64,000 nucleotides of DNA. It comes from a virus. Its lineage: Duplodnaviria; Caudoviricetes. The notes beneath the pieces are model-generated. The model was not told where the DNA came from. It searched no databases and saw only the letters and a list, made by a program, of their open reading frames with translations. Location of the stretch: the IMG/VR virus record IMGVR_UViG_3300037067_013742, positions 165,065 through 229,064 of that record; one strand, given 5' to 3'. Of this stretch, positions 1 to 8,199 are shown one piece after another. A program made the translations under genes and the position numbers. Every line of letters begins with the position of its first letter. The stretch's first letter is position 1.

Positions 1-452
1 TCGGTCCACTGCCTGGACTCTACATAGCTCCTTGGGGAGTCTCCCATCTTGGTAACATCATGATTAAGCAGGGATGCTACTTTAGCGTAGGCGTTATAGA
101 GGTCATGGCAGAACTGTTCTTCCGGAGAAATTTCTGTCATCGGGACGGGAATGTTAAACATTGCGGCTAGTGGTAGAACTACTTCTGGCAGCCAGCTTGG
201 GCCCCTATCTGGCTTATTTTCCAGGATGGAGTACAGGTTAAAAATGTCGGCGTTGAAGCCACAGGCGAGACAATGGACAGTATGTCCAAATTCTCCAGCA
301 GAAGAACAGAGCATTGATGGGTGAGTATCTTTGTGTGCGGGATTTAAACACTTCATTGGCTTAGAAGTGTCATGTCCCTTCATGGATAGATAATCTAAGA
401 TGTGCGGGCGAATCTTATCTAGGAAAAGATCAAATTGAGTTTTTACTTGCAT
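1..452 (-). CDS. dnaG: DNA primase, N-terminal CHC2 zinc-finger part (runs off window edge)
   Basis: Manual translation from ATG at 452: MQVKTQFDLFLDKIRPHILDYL...KCLNPAHKDTHPSM...VHCLACGFNADIF, a CHC2 primase zinc-binding signature. Not in ORF track because it is truncated. Confidence 0.75.
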   Translation of the reverse strand, partial: MQVKTQFDLFLDKIRPHILDYLSMKGHDTSKPMKCLNPAHKDTHPSMLCSSAGEFGHTVHCLACGFNADIFNLYSILENKPDRGPSWLPEVVLPLAAMFNIPVPMTEISPEEQFCHDLYNAYAKVASLLNHDVTKMGDSPRSYVESRQWT

Positions 453-628
453 ATTTTATCCTCTGGGAAAAGGTCCCAGCAGACAATAGTTGTAGAGTCT
501 GAATAATCTTCGGCCGTCCAAATGTCATCCCAGTAATAATCCAATTTACAAGTTGGACAGACTCCGTCGTCCCATTCGTCCGCCTCAAACTCCTTGAGGC
601 AGCGAGGACATATTATTTCTCTTCTCAT
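443..628 (-). CDS. Small Cys-rich (zinc-ribbon) hypothetical protein
   Basis: CPRC...CPTC pairs; likely start MRREIIC at 628 rather than 721. Confidence 0.5.
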   Translation of the reverse strand: MRREIICPRCLKEFEADEWDDGVCPTCKLDYYWDDIWTAEDYSDSTTIVCWDLFPEDKICK

Positions 629-630
629 TA

Positions 631-1212
631 CTATCTCCTGAGATCTAGAACCTTTGAACAAAGGTCTGGAAGCTCTTCCCAGTTTTCGGCGCGGGGACGT
701 CCGAAGAGATGTCTGTTCCATGGAGCGCTAAAGATAATAGCTTTTCCAGGATAGACAGCAACGTTATGTGGCGCGTCGTCGATTAAAACATCTCCAGTAA
801 CGAGTTCCTTTCGTTTCGTAAAGATTATATCTTTCTCGGTGAACCTGCTCGGGAAGTTTGCTTCTAGCCACAGGAACTTATCGGTGAAGGCGTTCGCGCC
901 AGTTAGAGCTATAGGGGTTGAGGTAACAATTACAACCTCTCCCAACTTAGAGAGTTGTTCTACTCCTTCTTGCGCCCCGTCCATAATATCTAGATTCCTA
1001 AAGAAGTCCGGCTCTCTTAGTGGTGCACATATTTCTTGCCAAGTAAGCTCTGGACGAATACGTTGTACTTCTTTCTCTAGATAGAAATCTCTAACTTCTT
1101 CTTTCTTAATGGATAGAGAGAATCTCTTGTTTACGAGCTCAATCAGTCTTTGCATGCACTGAGCTAATACATCATCCATATCTAGTAGGATGATGGGCTT
1201 CGAACCCTTCAT
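631..1212 (-). CDS. 5'(3')-deoxyribonucleotidase, HAD family (NT5C-like)
   Basis: ILLDMDDVLA (HAD motif I), FFRNL, K..WL...FP, DVLIDD. Confidence 0.88.
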   Translation of the reverse strand: MKGSKPIILLDMDDVLAQCMQRLIELVNKRFSLSIKKEEVRDFYLEKEVQRIRPELTWQEICAPLREPDFFRNLDIMDGAQEGVEQLSKLGEVVIVTSTPIALTGANAFTDKFLWLEANFPSRFTEKDIIFTKRKELVTGDVLIDDAPHNVAVYPGKAIIFSAPWNRHLFGRPRAENWEELPDLCSKVLDLRR

Positions 1213-1221
1213 ATATGTCTC

Positions 1222-2193
1222 CTAGAATTTCTTAGGCATTATCGCATTTGGCCCGGTAAAGAATTCTGGTGGCCAAATCTCTTGGGCGGTTGATCTAGTT
1301 CTCTGGTACCGCCCGCCAGGAATTTCTGCATTCCAGCGAGCAAACTGAGCAGTACCTAAGACCCTTATCAAACGTGCTGCGAAGCGTAATCTTTCTACTG
1401 GCTTGGTTAGGTCTAGTGGATGACCAAGAGAGATCCTGTGCGCGTCTAAGGCCTGTGTAAAGCGTCTGTATGCAGCAGCTGGTGCATTGACTGAATTAGA
1501 GAAGAAGACTGCCATTGCTAGGTCTAGGGGCGTACCAATTATAAAGTCATCTACCTGATCGGGGTTGTCTTTATAAATTGTCTCGCTGATAGGAACTCCA
1601 TGTAGGAGTGGAGTCTTTCTCCTTGCCGTCTCTTTTGCATGCTCAATAGAGAAGGAAACTTGTGTCTCAAAAGTATTCGGGTTAGAGAACAGGTTGTGAA
1701 AAACCATTCCCCAACATTTTGCTTGTTCCCAGTCTGGTCCTTTACGTGGAACTCTACCCTGGTTTGGAGTTAGTTCTTCTCTAAGAACTCTTCCATTTAA
1801 AGTCTTCCCGTCCTGGCCAACAACCTTTCCATTAACTAGATCCCAGCCCTTCCCATTTTTTAGTGAGGTGAGAAGTTCTGTGACAGTGGATGGGTCGGCT
1901 TTTCTTATTCTTTCTATCTGACGCCAGAGAGATCCCTGATCATTCTCTGGGTTACCATCTTCATCAGCAAGCTCTTTTGGATACACGGCTATCATCTGGC
2001 ATAAACCAGCCGTCGCGCCAGTGCCATCATAAGAGATTACAGTTCCAAACTTACCACCACTTTCGACTATAGAGGTTAGCCAGACGACACGATCCCAGTG
2101 GTTAGCGTAGGCTGGGAGGTTAAAGGGCGTAGTCCCTTTTATGGAAACCCCAGAGTAGTTCTTAAATTGAACCCACTTTACTTTGTCGAACAT
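1222..2193 (-). CDS. Putative lysozyme-like peptidoglycan hydrolase
   Basis: VESGGKFGTVISYDG...AGLCQ resembles the E-S...YD...G..Q lysozyme-superfamily pattern. Start at 2193 is supported by AGGAG and a TAATG overlap. Confidence 0.4.
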   Translation of the reverse strand: MFDKVKWVQFKNYSGVSIKGTTPFNLPAYANHWDRVVWLTSIVESGGKFGTVISYDGTGATAGLCQMIAVYPKELADEDGNPENDQGSLWRQIERIRKADPSTVTELLTSLKNGKGWDLVNGKVVGQDGKTLNGRVLREELTPNQGRVPRKGPDWEQAKCWGMVFHNLFSNPNTFETQVSFSIEHAKETARRKTPLLHGVPISETIYKDNPDQVDDFIIGTPLDLAMAVFFSNSVNAPAAAYRRFTQALDAHRISLGHPLDLTKPVERLRFAARLIRVLGTAQFARWNAEIPGGRYQRTRSTAQEIWPPEFFTGPNAIMPKKF

Positions 2194-2594
2194 TACTCCT
2201 CCAACTCTATATCTTCCCCAACCTGCCGAAGTACCCAAGAGAGGGTTCGTACAACTACTTTTTCAAGTAAGGCGTAGTTCTTCTCATCATCTATCTCTTC
2301 TATAAGGTCTCCGATAATTGGGGCAAGCATTGGAGCTGGATATTCTCTAAGCCCACTAATCCACTCTAAGATTATGGTCTTAAGGTTCTGCAGCTCTTCT
2401 ATGCTTCGTCTGCTAGGTACCGCAGTTATGCCAGACGTTGTTGTGGTTAATGTAACATAGGGCTGTGGGATAGATGGATATAAAGGTTCGGTCCAAACTC
2501 CGTATGTGGCAACGGTATACAGACTGTCTGAGATATCGGCTGTAGAACTGTTGGCTGCTAACTGGCAAGCCTTGAGTGCTTCTTCTCCGGTCAT
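2193..2594 (-). CDS. Hypothetical protein
   Basis: ORF coupled to its neighbours by stop/start overlaps. Confidence 0.55.
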   Translation of the reverse strand: MTGEEALKACQLAANSSTADISDSLYTVATYGVWTEPLYPSIPQPYVTLTTTTSGITAVPSRRSIEELQNLKTIILEWISGLREYPAPMLAPIIGDLIEEIDDEKNYALLEKVVVRTLSWVLRQVGEDIELEE

Positions 2595-2638
2595 GATTCA
2601 AATACCTCGTGGCAAAGTTTACTAAATGGGCAATAGTA
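2591..2638 (-). pseudogene. Displaced 3' end of the Cas4-like nuclease gene (YYCPFSKLCHEVFES*)
   Basis: Aligns without gaps to the end of ORF 3438..4436 (SYCPHSSLCWDTYED*). Its TGA overlaps the ATG of the next gene. Confidence 0.7.
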
Positions 2639-2642
2639 TATC

Positions 2643-3404
2643 TTATTCATATTTCAATCTAATTCCGTTTTTGGATTTACGGGAAATATAGGTGCCAAGT
2701 CCAGCTCTATTCCACTCAGAGATAGAGATAGTATATCCTGATAGATATTCAGTCTCTTCTCCTCTTTTTCTATTGCACCATCTTTGTTGGGAGATTCCCT
2801 TAAATCTTCCCCCGTGCTTGATACTAAGGGCAGTACATATAGTATCAATTGGCGTTAAATCTCCATACATTCGGATAGAAAGAGAATACTGCTGTGCGGT
2901 TCCTTCTGAATCGAATAGGCCCTCTAACATCCCCTTGTTTGCTTCGATGGATGGAAGAACCTTTATAATCTTTCCATTAGCTGGCCCAAAACTACCCACC
3001 ATCCATCTAGCAAAGTCTACGTTACAAAATGACATTACCCACTGGGCTCTTGAATCATAATATTTAACGGAAGCTTCGTATCCTGTTAGTCGTTTTACTT
3101 TGGAAGCAGTAGTTCTTGCGAAATCCTCGTCAATTGTGAATAGCCTAAAGTTGGCCTTGTTCCATACGTTTCCATCACCAAGATATACACCAACTAGATA
3201 TCCGAGATGATAGTCCCATTCATCGAATGTCCAGTGGTTTTTTCTTTCGGAGCTAGATTTACTAGCCCCTCTAAAAAGACCTAGTCTTCTTGCTTTTCTG
3301 GAGATTACTTTCATAGAACGCCCAAGTCTTTCCCCAACTTTTTTGGGGCCGTCGCGCTCAAAATTCTCGAGAATATAGGCGACTTCTTCTACCGTATAAT
3401 TCAT
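2643..3404 (-). mobile_element. Free-standing LAGLIDADG homing endonuclease with N-terminal HTH-like region
   Basis: YLVGVYLGDG and MLEGLFDSEG motifs. Confidence 0.85.
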
Positions 3405-3410
3405 ATAGGG

Positions 3411-3421
3411 AGTATAGCACA
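3411..3421 (-). promoter_or_regulatory. Extended -10 promoter (TGTGCTATACT) of the homing endonuclease; probably a leaderless mRNA
   Basis: TG-n-TATACT, then 6 nt, then ATG with no SD. An identical 11-mer occurs at 36833-36843. Confidence 0.5.
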
Positions 3422-3437
3422 GTTCTAATCTACGCTG

Positions 3438-4436
3438 CTAATCTTCGTAAGTGTCCCAACATAAAGAGGAATGCGGACAATAACTACATTGAAAGTCGCC
3501 GAGTGTTTCTTTTCCTTTGCCCCGCGGTCCATGAGACGATTGCCATTTCTCATAGGCTGATTTAGAGACTAGCCCTTGGGCATATCTTATTTCAATTGTC
3601 TCTTTATCGTACTCTCTAGAGAACTCTCTTTTCGGCGGGGTCCCACCGGGAAGAAGACCATCTACCATCCTATATCTAGCTAAAATATCTTCTACTGAAT
3701 ATGGAAGTACGGTTGTTGGAACTCTCATTCTTGGAGAACGGTAGGATATCTTGCTGATATTTATAGTTTCGTCTTCTCCGATAACCTGCATCTCTTCAGA
3801 TAGCCAAACATCAAATACGCCGAAGTGACCATCGCCTCTATCACATACGAAGATTGCGCCAAATGGAAGATACATTGGGTGATCTTTAGGAAGCTTAGAA
3901 AAATAATTTAGATAGAGGGCAACCTGCATTACGTAAGTATCTCTGGGCTTACCTGGATCTCCACCCTGATTTAGGAACCTCCCAAATATTTCTTTTTGAG
4001 CATAGTACCCGTAGATCGATTTAATCTCTAGGAGATATTTAACTTGATCAGATCTTCTCTTTAGAACGGCGTCTAGCTCGCCAGCTATTTGAATGCCCCC
4101 CATCACAGCTTTGAACTGGATATTATTTCCGGCCCATAGACCAGCTACCTTACACTTCTCAATGATCTCTTTCTCTACTTCTTTGCCAACCTCCATTCTC
4201 TGGATTTGGTGTGGCATATCTAAAGCTTCTTCAGGTGGGTAGCCCTTTAGTCTGAACCAGGTAGCTCTAGAACAATGTCCTACAACTAACGGTCCGTACT
4301 TAGTTGAAATAACTGCTGATGCTTCTGATGGACGGAACATTCCAGTGCTTGGTCGGGGGAAGATATCTGGGTGGACTAGAACTTTTTCAAATTCTTCGTG
4401 TAGGTGGGATTCTGGTTCACTTCCTGGTAAGTACAT
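3438..4436 (-). CDS. Cas4-like PD-(D/E)XK exonuclease (solo, not CRISPR-associated here)
   Basis: N-terminal C(SR), GELD, LEIKS, QVALYL and C-terminal CSYCPHSSLC Fe-S cysteines. Confidence 0.8.
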   Translation of the reverse strand: MYLPGSEPESHLHEEFEKVLVHPDIFPRPSTGMFRPSEASAVISTKYGPLVVGHCSRATWFRLKGYPPEEALDMPHQIQRMEVGKEVEKEIIEKCKVAGLWAGNNIQFKAVMGGIQIAGELDAVLKRRSDQVKYLLEIKSIYGYYAQKEIFGRFLNQGGDPGKPRDTYVMQVALYLNYFSKLPKDHPMYLPFGAIFVCDRGDGHFGVFDVWLSEEMQVIGEDETINISKISYRSPRMRVPTTVLPYSVEDILARYRMVDGLLPGGTPPKREFSREYDKETIEIRYAQGLVSKSAYEKWQSSHGPRGKGKETLGDFQCSYCPHSSLCWDTYED

Positions 4437-4666
4437 TATTCACCAAAGTCTAATTCCTCGTCTGGTGCTGGCTCCAAACCGATTATTTCCCAGCCCTCTA
4501 TCTGTAGATTCTTAAGCATAGATTCTACCACGAGGGTATGAAGCCAAGGAGGTGGGTCTCCTCTCTCTAACATCTCCATTAGGCTTTCTGCAAATTCCTC
4601 TTCTCCATCATCCAGCCTAAACTTAACAGAGCAAGAACAGGAGATGTCAAAGATGCATCGTTTCAT
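4436..4666 (-). CDS. Hypothetical protein
   Basis: Coupled ORF. Confidence 0.5.
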   Translation of the reverse strand: MKRCIFDISCSCSVKFRLDDGEEEFAESLMEMLERGDPPPWLHTLVVESMLKNLQIEGWEIIGLEPAPDEELDFGE

Positions 4667-5055
4667 CAGAAGTTTTCTCCAAGGTAATCTGGAACATTCT
4701 TTAAAGTAAATACCTTATCACAGGACTTGCAAAAGATTCTACCAGGAAGATCTTCTTTGTATAGCGTAATAATGGTTTGACTTTCTGAGTCCGAAAACCT
4801 CATGAAGACGCCAGGCGTTGGGACTAGTTCTCCATGCTCTAATCCGTCGTCTTCAAATGGGAATGATAGCTGCCGCTCGTCTGCGCTTTCTATAAACTGA
4901 TAGGAGAGGCTGGGAGGGTTTAAGGTCAGCTCCTGTGAGGGAGTTACTTCCCCATTTTCAACTGGTATTCTGAGAACATATTCTCCATAAACATACATAG
5001 CTAACCTATGTTGCTTACCACAATTGGGGCAAGCAAGAGATCGATCTGTCTGCAT
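4666..5055 (-). CDS. Hypothetical zinc-binding protein
   Basis: CPNC...CKSC pairs. Confidence 0.5.
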   Translation of the reverse strand: MQTDRSLACPNCGKQHRLAMYVYGEYVLRIPVENGEVTPSQELTLNPPSLSYQFIESADERQLSFPFEDDGLEHGELVPTPGVFMRFSDSESQTIITLYKEDLPGRIFCKSCDKVFTLKNVPDYLGENF

Positions 5056-5927
5056 TAGCGCTCCTGATAGGTTCCGAGGTAAACGTGCCTTGTTTGGGTA
5101 GGATCAACATTCCCCTGAGCGTCCATCTCGACTATGGCATAGCCCAGATCGATAGGGCTATAGTTACAGCCACCATCTTCTTCATAATCCATCGGATAAC
5201 ATAAGGCGCCTTCATCAATTAAAAGGCTTCCGTTACGGTATGGGATTGTTCCGACCCTGTGGCTGTGGCCAGAGACGAGACACTGAAACTGAGTCCCTCT
5301 GTTAAGGAACCAGTTTGCAACATGGATAGCGTTAGACATTGGCGCCTTACTAAAACCACGAAGTCTATGGGCGAAGATTGTCTTTCCGATTCTAATCCAC
5401 CAGCCTCCAGTCTCGTCTCCGGCATACATAACGTTTGGGAGGTCAATAGTTGGTAATTGCTCTCCCTTCTCGTTAAATCTTTCCCCGTTAGCCAGATGAC
5501 GGAGAGGGCTACCTTTAATAAGAAATTGTATTGTTGGGTTTAGCTTTCCAAGTTCTCGTGAGAATCTTCCGGCGTCGTGATTGCCATCGACTAAGATGAC
5601 TCTGCCAAAGTGCTGGGCAGCTAGTCTAACGATGTCGCTGTTTGCCGAGTACTCTACGGCAAAGGGGATCTCTTTGCTCTTTGGAAATTGAGATATGAGG
5701 TTGCAATCAAACATATCTCCATTAATTACGAGGTACTCCGCGCCAGAATACCTCTCGATTATGTCTTGTACCAAATCCTCTCTAACGAATGGTGTATGCA
5801 AATCTGAGATTGAGATTACTCTAATTCGCTTGCGGCCGATTGGGTGAAGCCTTGCTTCTTCTAAGTTTTGTAGCTTCTGTCTGTAGGCGTCACAATAGCG
5901 TTGTACTTTCTCTAACTTAGACATCAT
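5055..5927 (-). CDS. Calcineurin-like metallophosphoesterase
   Basis: SDLH, NGDMFD, GNHD and GHSH motifs. Confidence 0.85.
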   Translation of the reverse strand: MMSKLEKVQRYCDAYRQKLQNLEEARLHPIGRKRIRVISISDLHTPFVREDLVQDIIERYSGAEYLVINGDMFDCNLISQFPKSKEIPFAVEYSANSDIVRLAAQHFGRVILVDGNHDAGRFSRELGKLNPTIQFLIKGSPLRHLANGERFNEKGEQLPTIDLPNVMYAGDETGGWWIRIGKTIFAHRLRGFSKAPMSNAIHVANWFLNRGTQFQCLVSGHSHRVGTIPYRNGSLLIDEGALCYPMDYEEDGGCNYSPIDLGYAIVEMDAQGNVDPTQTRHVYLGTYQER

Positions 5928-6949
5928 CCCTCAGTTCTCAAAAGACTTCTTTTAATGATGGCCGATGCAAAATCTCTAGATTTCCCCTTTCGGCCAGGTA
6001 GGACTCGGAGGGCACCCATAAATAAAGGATATTTCAAATCCCACTCGCTGTCACTACCGATGTTCACAAGGTCAAACTTTTGGCCAACGATGACTGCGTA
6101 TTGAACTTCCGCTTGTCCGGTTTCGTCATCTTCAGCTTCTCCGCCTCCAGACTTAGTAATATCTACCTTACCCGATATAGCATAAATGTTACCTACCTGT
6201 AGTTGGTCCTGAAGCTTCTCCCACATCTTTGGGAAGATGACGACTTCGATACTAGCTGTCTTATCCTCTACCCTAACCTTTGCCATAAGTGTCTTCTTGC
6301 GAGTATTTATAATCTTTAGGGATGAAAGGATCCCGGTTATAAGAACCTTAGCATCTTGGTCTTCTCGCTTAACTAAATAGATCGGGACACTACTCTCTGG
6401 GACTTTTATCTCGTCAAGTGGGTGGCCAGAAATATAAGCATTTAAAAGCTCTCTTTGGTTTCGTAATCGTTCTCTTGGAGATAACGCGATTCTCTGTCGT
6501 GGTGGCTCCTGGGGTGGCTTGGGCTCGTCCTCCTCATAGGAGGGAGGAGGCGGGGTTTCCTTTAGTATGAGTACTGGCTTACCGGGTTCCTTAGAAGTAC
6601 TACTCGGATTTTTCGCCAGTCGGTCTTCCCATCTACGATGCTTTTCTTGATACTCAAGAAGCTTCTCTTCATATCGTATCGTCTTCTCTTTATTTTTCTC
6701 GGCGATACTAGTGACTAGGTCAGAATACTTTCGCTGGGAGGATTCCTTCTGGTGAGTAAACCGTTCTAGTTTGTCTTTATAGGAGGCTAGGCCTCTCCTA
6801 TATGTAACAAACTCCTTTGCATATTCAGCGGCCTCAAGCTCATTCATATCTTCTATAGAAGAGAAAGCACCAGCCTTACCTAAAACCTCTGCTGCCTTGG
6901 AGTTTATGTCTGTTTTTTCTAAGAGATCCTTTATAGAGTCAAATCTCAA
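5924..6949 (-). CDS. dnaE: DNA polymerase III alpha, C-terminal fragment (end of HhH plus OB fold)
   Basis: LGKAGAF, ELLNAYISGHPL, MAKVRVEDKTASIEVVIFP. TTG start overlaps the upstream TGA, with a GGAGG SD. Confidence 0.85.
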   Translation of the reverse strand: MRFDSIKDLLEKTDINSKAAEVLGKAGAFSSIEDMNELEAAEYAKEFVTYRRGLASYKDKLERFTHQKESSQRKYSDLVTSIAEKNKEKTIRYEEKLLEYQEKHRRWEDRLAKNPSSTSKEPGKPVLILKETPPPPSYEEDEPKPPQEPPRQRIALSPRERLRNQRELLNAYISGHPLDEIKVPESSVPIYLVKREDQDAKVLITGILSSLKIINTRKKTLMAKVRVEDKTASIEVVIFPKMWEKLQDQLQVGNIYAISGKVDITKSGGGEAEDDETGQAEVQYAVIVGQKFDLVNIGSDSEWDLKYPLFMGALRVLPGRKGKSRDFASAIIKRSLLRTEG

Positions 6950-7359
6950 GTTTCCTCCGCATCTCTAAACTCTACTATCTTTTCCGCCATTGCTCGTGGC
7001 ATTCCTTTGATATGACCTAACCCAAATCTTATAGCTTTGCCCTCTGGCTGATGGTCGACTCCAGATAGATTTATGTCTGGGGGTAGTATCTTTATTCCCA
7101 TCCCCTTTGCGGACATTACGTACTGGATTATTTTGTCGTCGTCAGTTTCGTGAGTTAGCATTGCCGCATGGTAATGAACAGGGTGGTTAGCTTTTAGATA
7201 AGCGGTCCACATAGTTAAGTAGGCGTAAGCCACGCTATGGGAGTTTCCGGAGATTACCCCATTGGCAAGAGCAAAGTTATGTTGCTCTCCTCTCATCCTG
7301 AGATTGAAAGTGTCTTCGATTCCCACCAGCTTAACTGAGCAAACTTTTAGCTTTTTCAT
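6946..7359 (-). CDS. dnaE: Split-intein C half (39 aa) fused to DnaE C-extein (finger end/HhH)
   Basis: MKKLKV...HNFALANGVISGN|SHSVAYAYLTMWTAYLKANHP...ILPPDINLS...IRFGLGHIKG. Confidence 0.92.
   Translation of the reverse strand: MKKLKVCSVKLVGIEDTFNLRMRGEQHNFALANGVISGNSHSVAYAYLTMWTAYLKANHPVHYHAAMLTHETDDDKIIQYVMSAKGMGIKILPPDINLSGVDHQPEGKAIRFGLGHIKGMPRAMAEKIVEFRDAEET
7243..7359 (-). mobile_element. IntC of naturally split DnaE intein
   Basis: Basic 39-aa fragment with intein blocks F/G ending ...GN, followed by a Ser+1 nucleophile. Confidence 0.9.
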
Positions 7360-8185
7360 ATTTCCTTACTAGTCTTAATCCATCTGAATCTTGATAGAGA
7401 TACTGAATGATGAGGCGACAATCATCCTCACGGCTCCACTCTACATATGATAAGAGGGGACTACTTTGTTTGGCTGTCGGAAATTCGTAGGAGACCCCAA
7501 GAACCAGATGGAGTAAAAGAGATACTTGAGCCGTAAGGTATCGACTGCCCAAAAATCGGACACAGACCTTAGTTCCTGTCGAGTGTATATAAATACTCCC
7601 ATCTCCATCAAGGTTTCCTCGTAAGACATGCGACTGGAAGATGGGGCTAACTATTGGAAGAACTTCCCTTCCTGTTTTTGCTTGAATAACTCCAAGGTTT
7701 CCCAGATCGCGGACCATTCTCGACGAAGAAACAATAAGCTGCGCCTGCTCTTGAGCCACTGAATAGTGGCCTTGTGAGAATTGTTTTTCGCGTGATGGGA
7801 TGAGGCAGATTGATGAATTAGTACAAGTTTCTGTCTTTAGAAGATCAACAACCCACTGGTCACATCGAGCTAGTCTTATCCCGACTTGTAGCGGAGGATG
7901 AACCCAACCATCAGCAACAAGGAATCCTAGCAAATAAGCCTTTTCCTTAGTATCAATACTGGAGAAGTATTCGTGCTTTGTGGGCGAGTAATCTGTAACT
8001 CCACTTTTTCGGGGGATCTCCCATCTCCTTAAGATATCGTAGATGGTCTTTGTCGTTTTTACCTTATGGTTAAGCTGCTCTAAAATCTTGTTTGCGGAGC
8101 ATCCACTTTTATAAAGGGTAACGACGAGCTCTTCATCGGCCGGTGTAATTATTCGACTTGGATATAGTCTTCGTTCGTGTGACAT
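7331..8185 (-). mobile_element. LAGLIDADG homing endonuclease between the two split-intein halves
   Basis: AYLLGFLVADG and VLRGNLDGDG motifs; separate ORF with its own start. Confidence 0.88.
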
Positions 8186-8199
8186 AGTCTGAACAGATA

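Noticed and set aside
2643-3437. Group I intron around the first LAGLIDADG gene
   Set aside because: Flanks are under 50 nt with no ribozyme core; the duplicated 3' end explains the arrangement.
3438-4436. CRISPR-Cas system suggested by the Cas4-like gene
   Set aside because: No repeat-spacer array or other cas genes seen; solo Cas4-like nucleases are common in phages.
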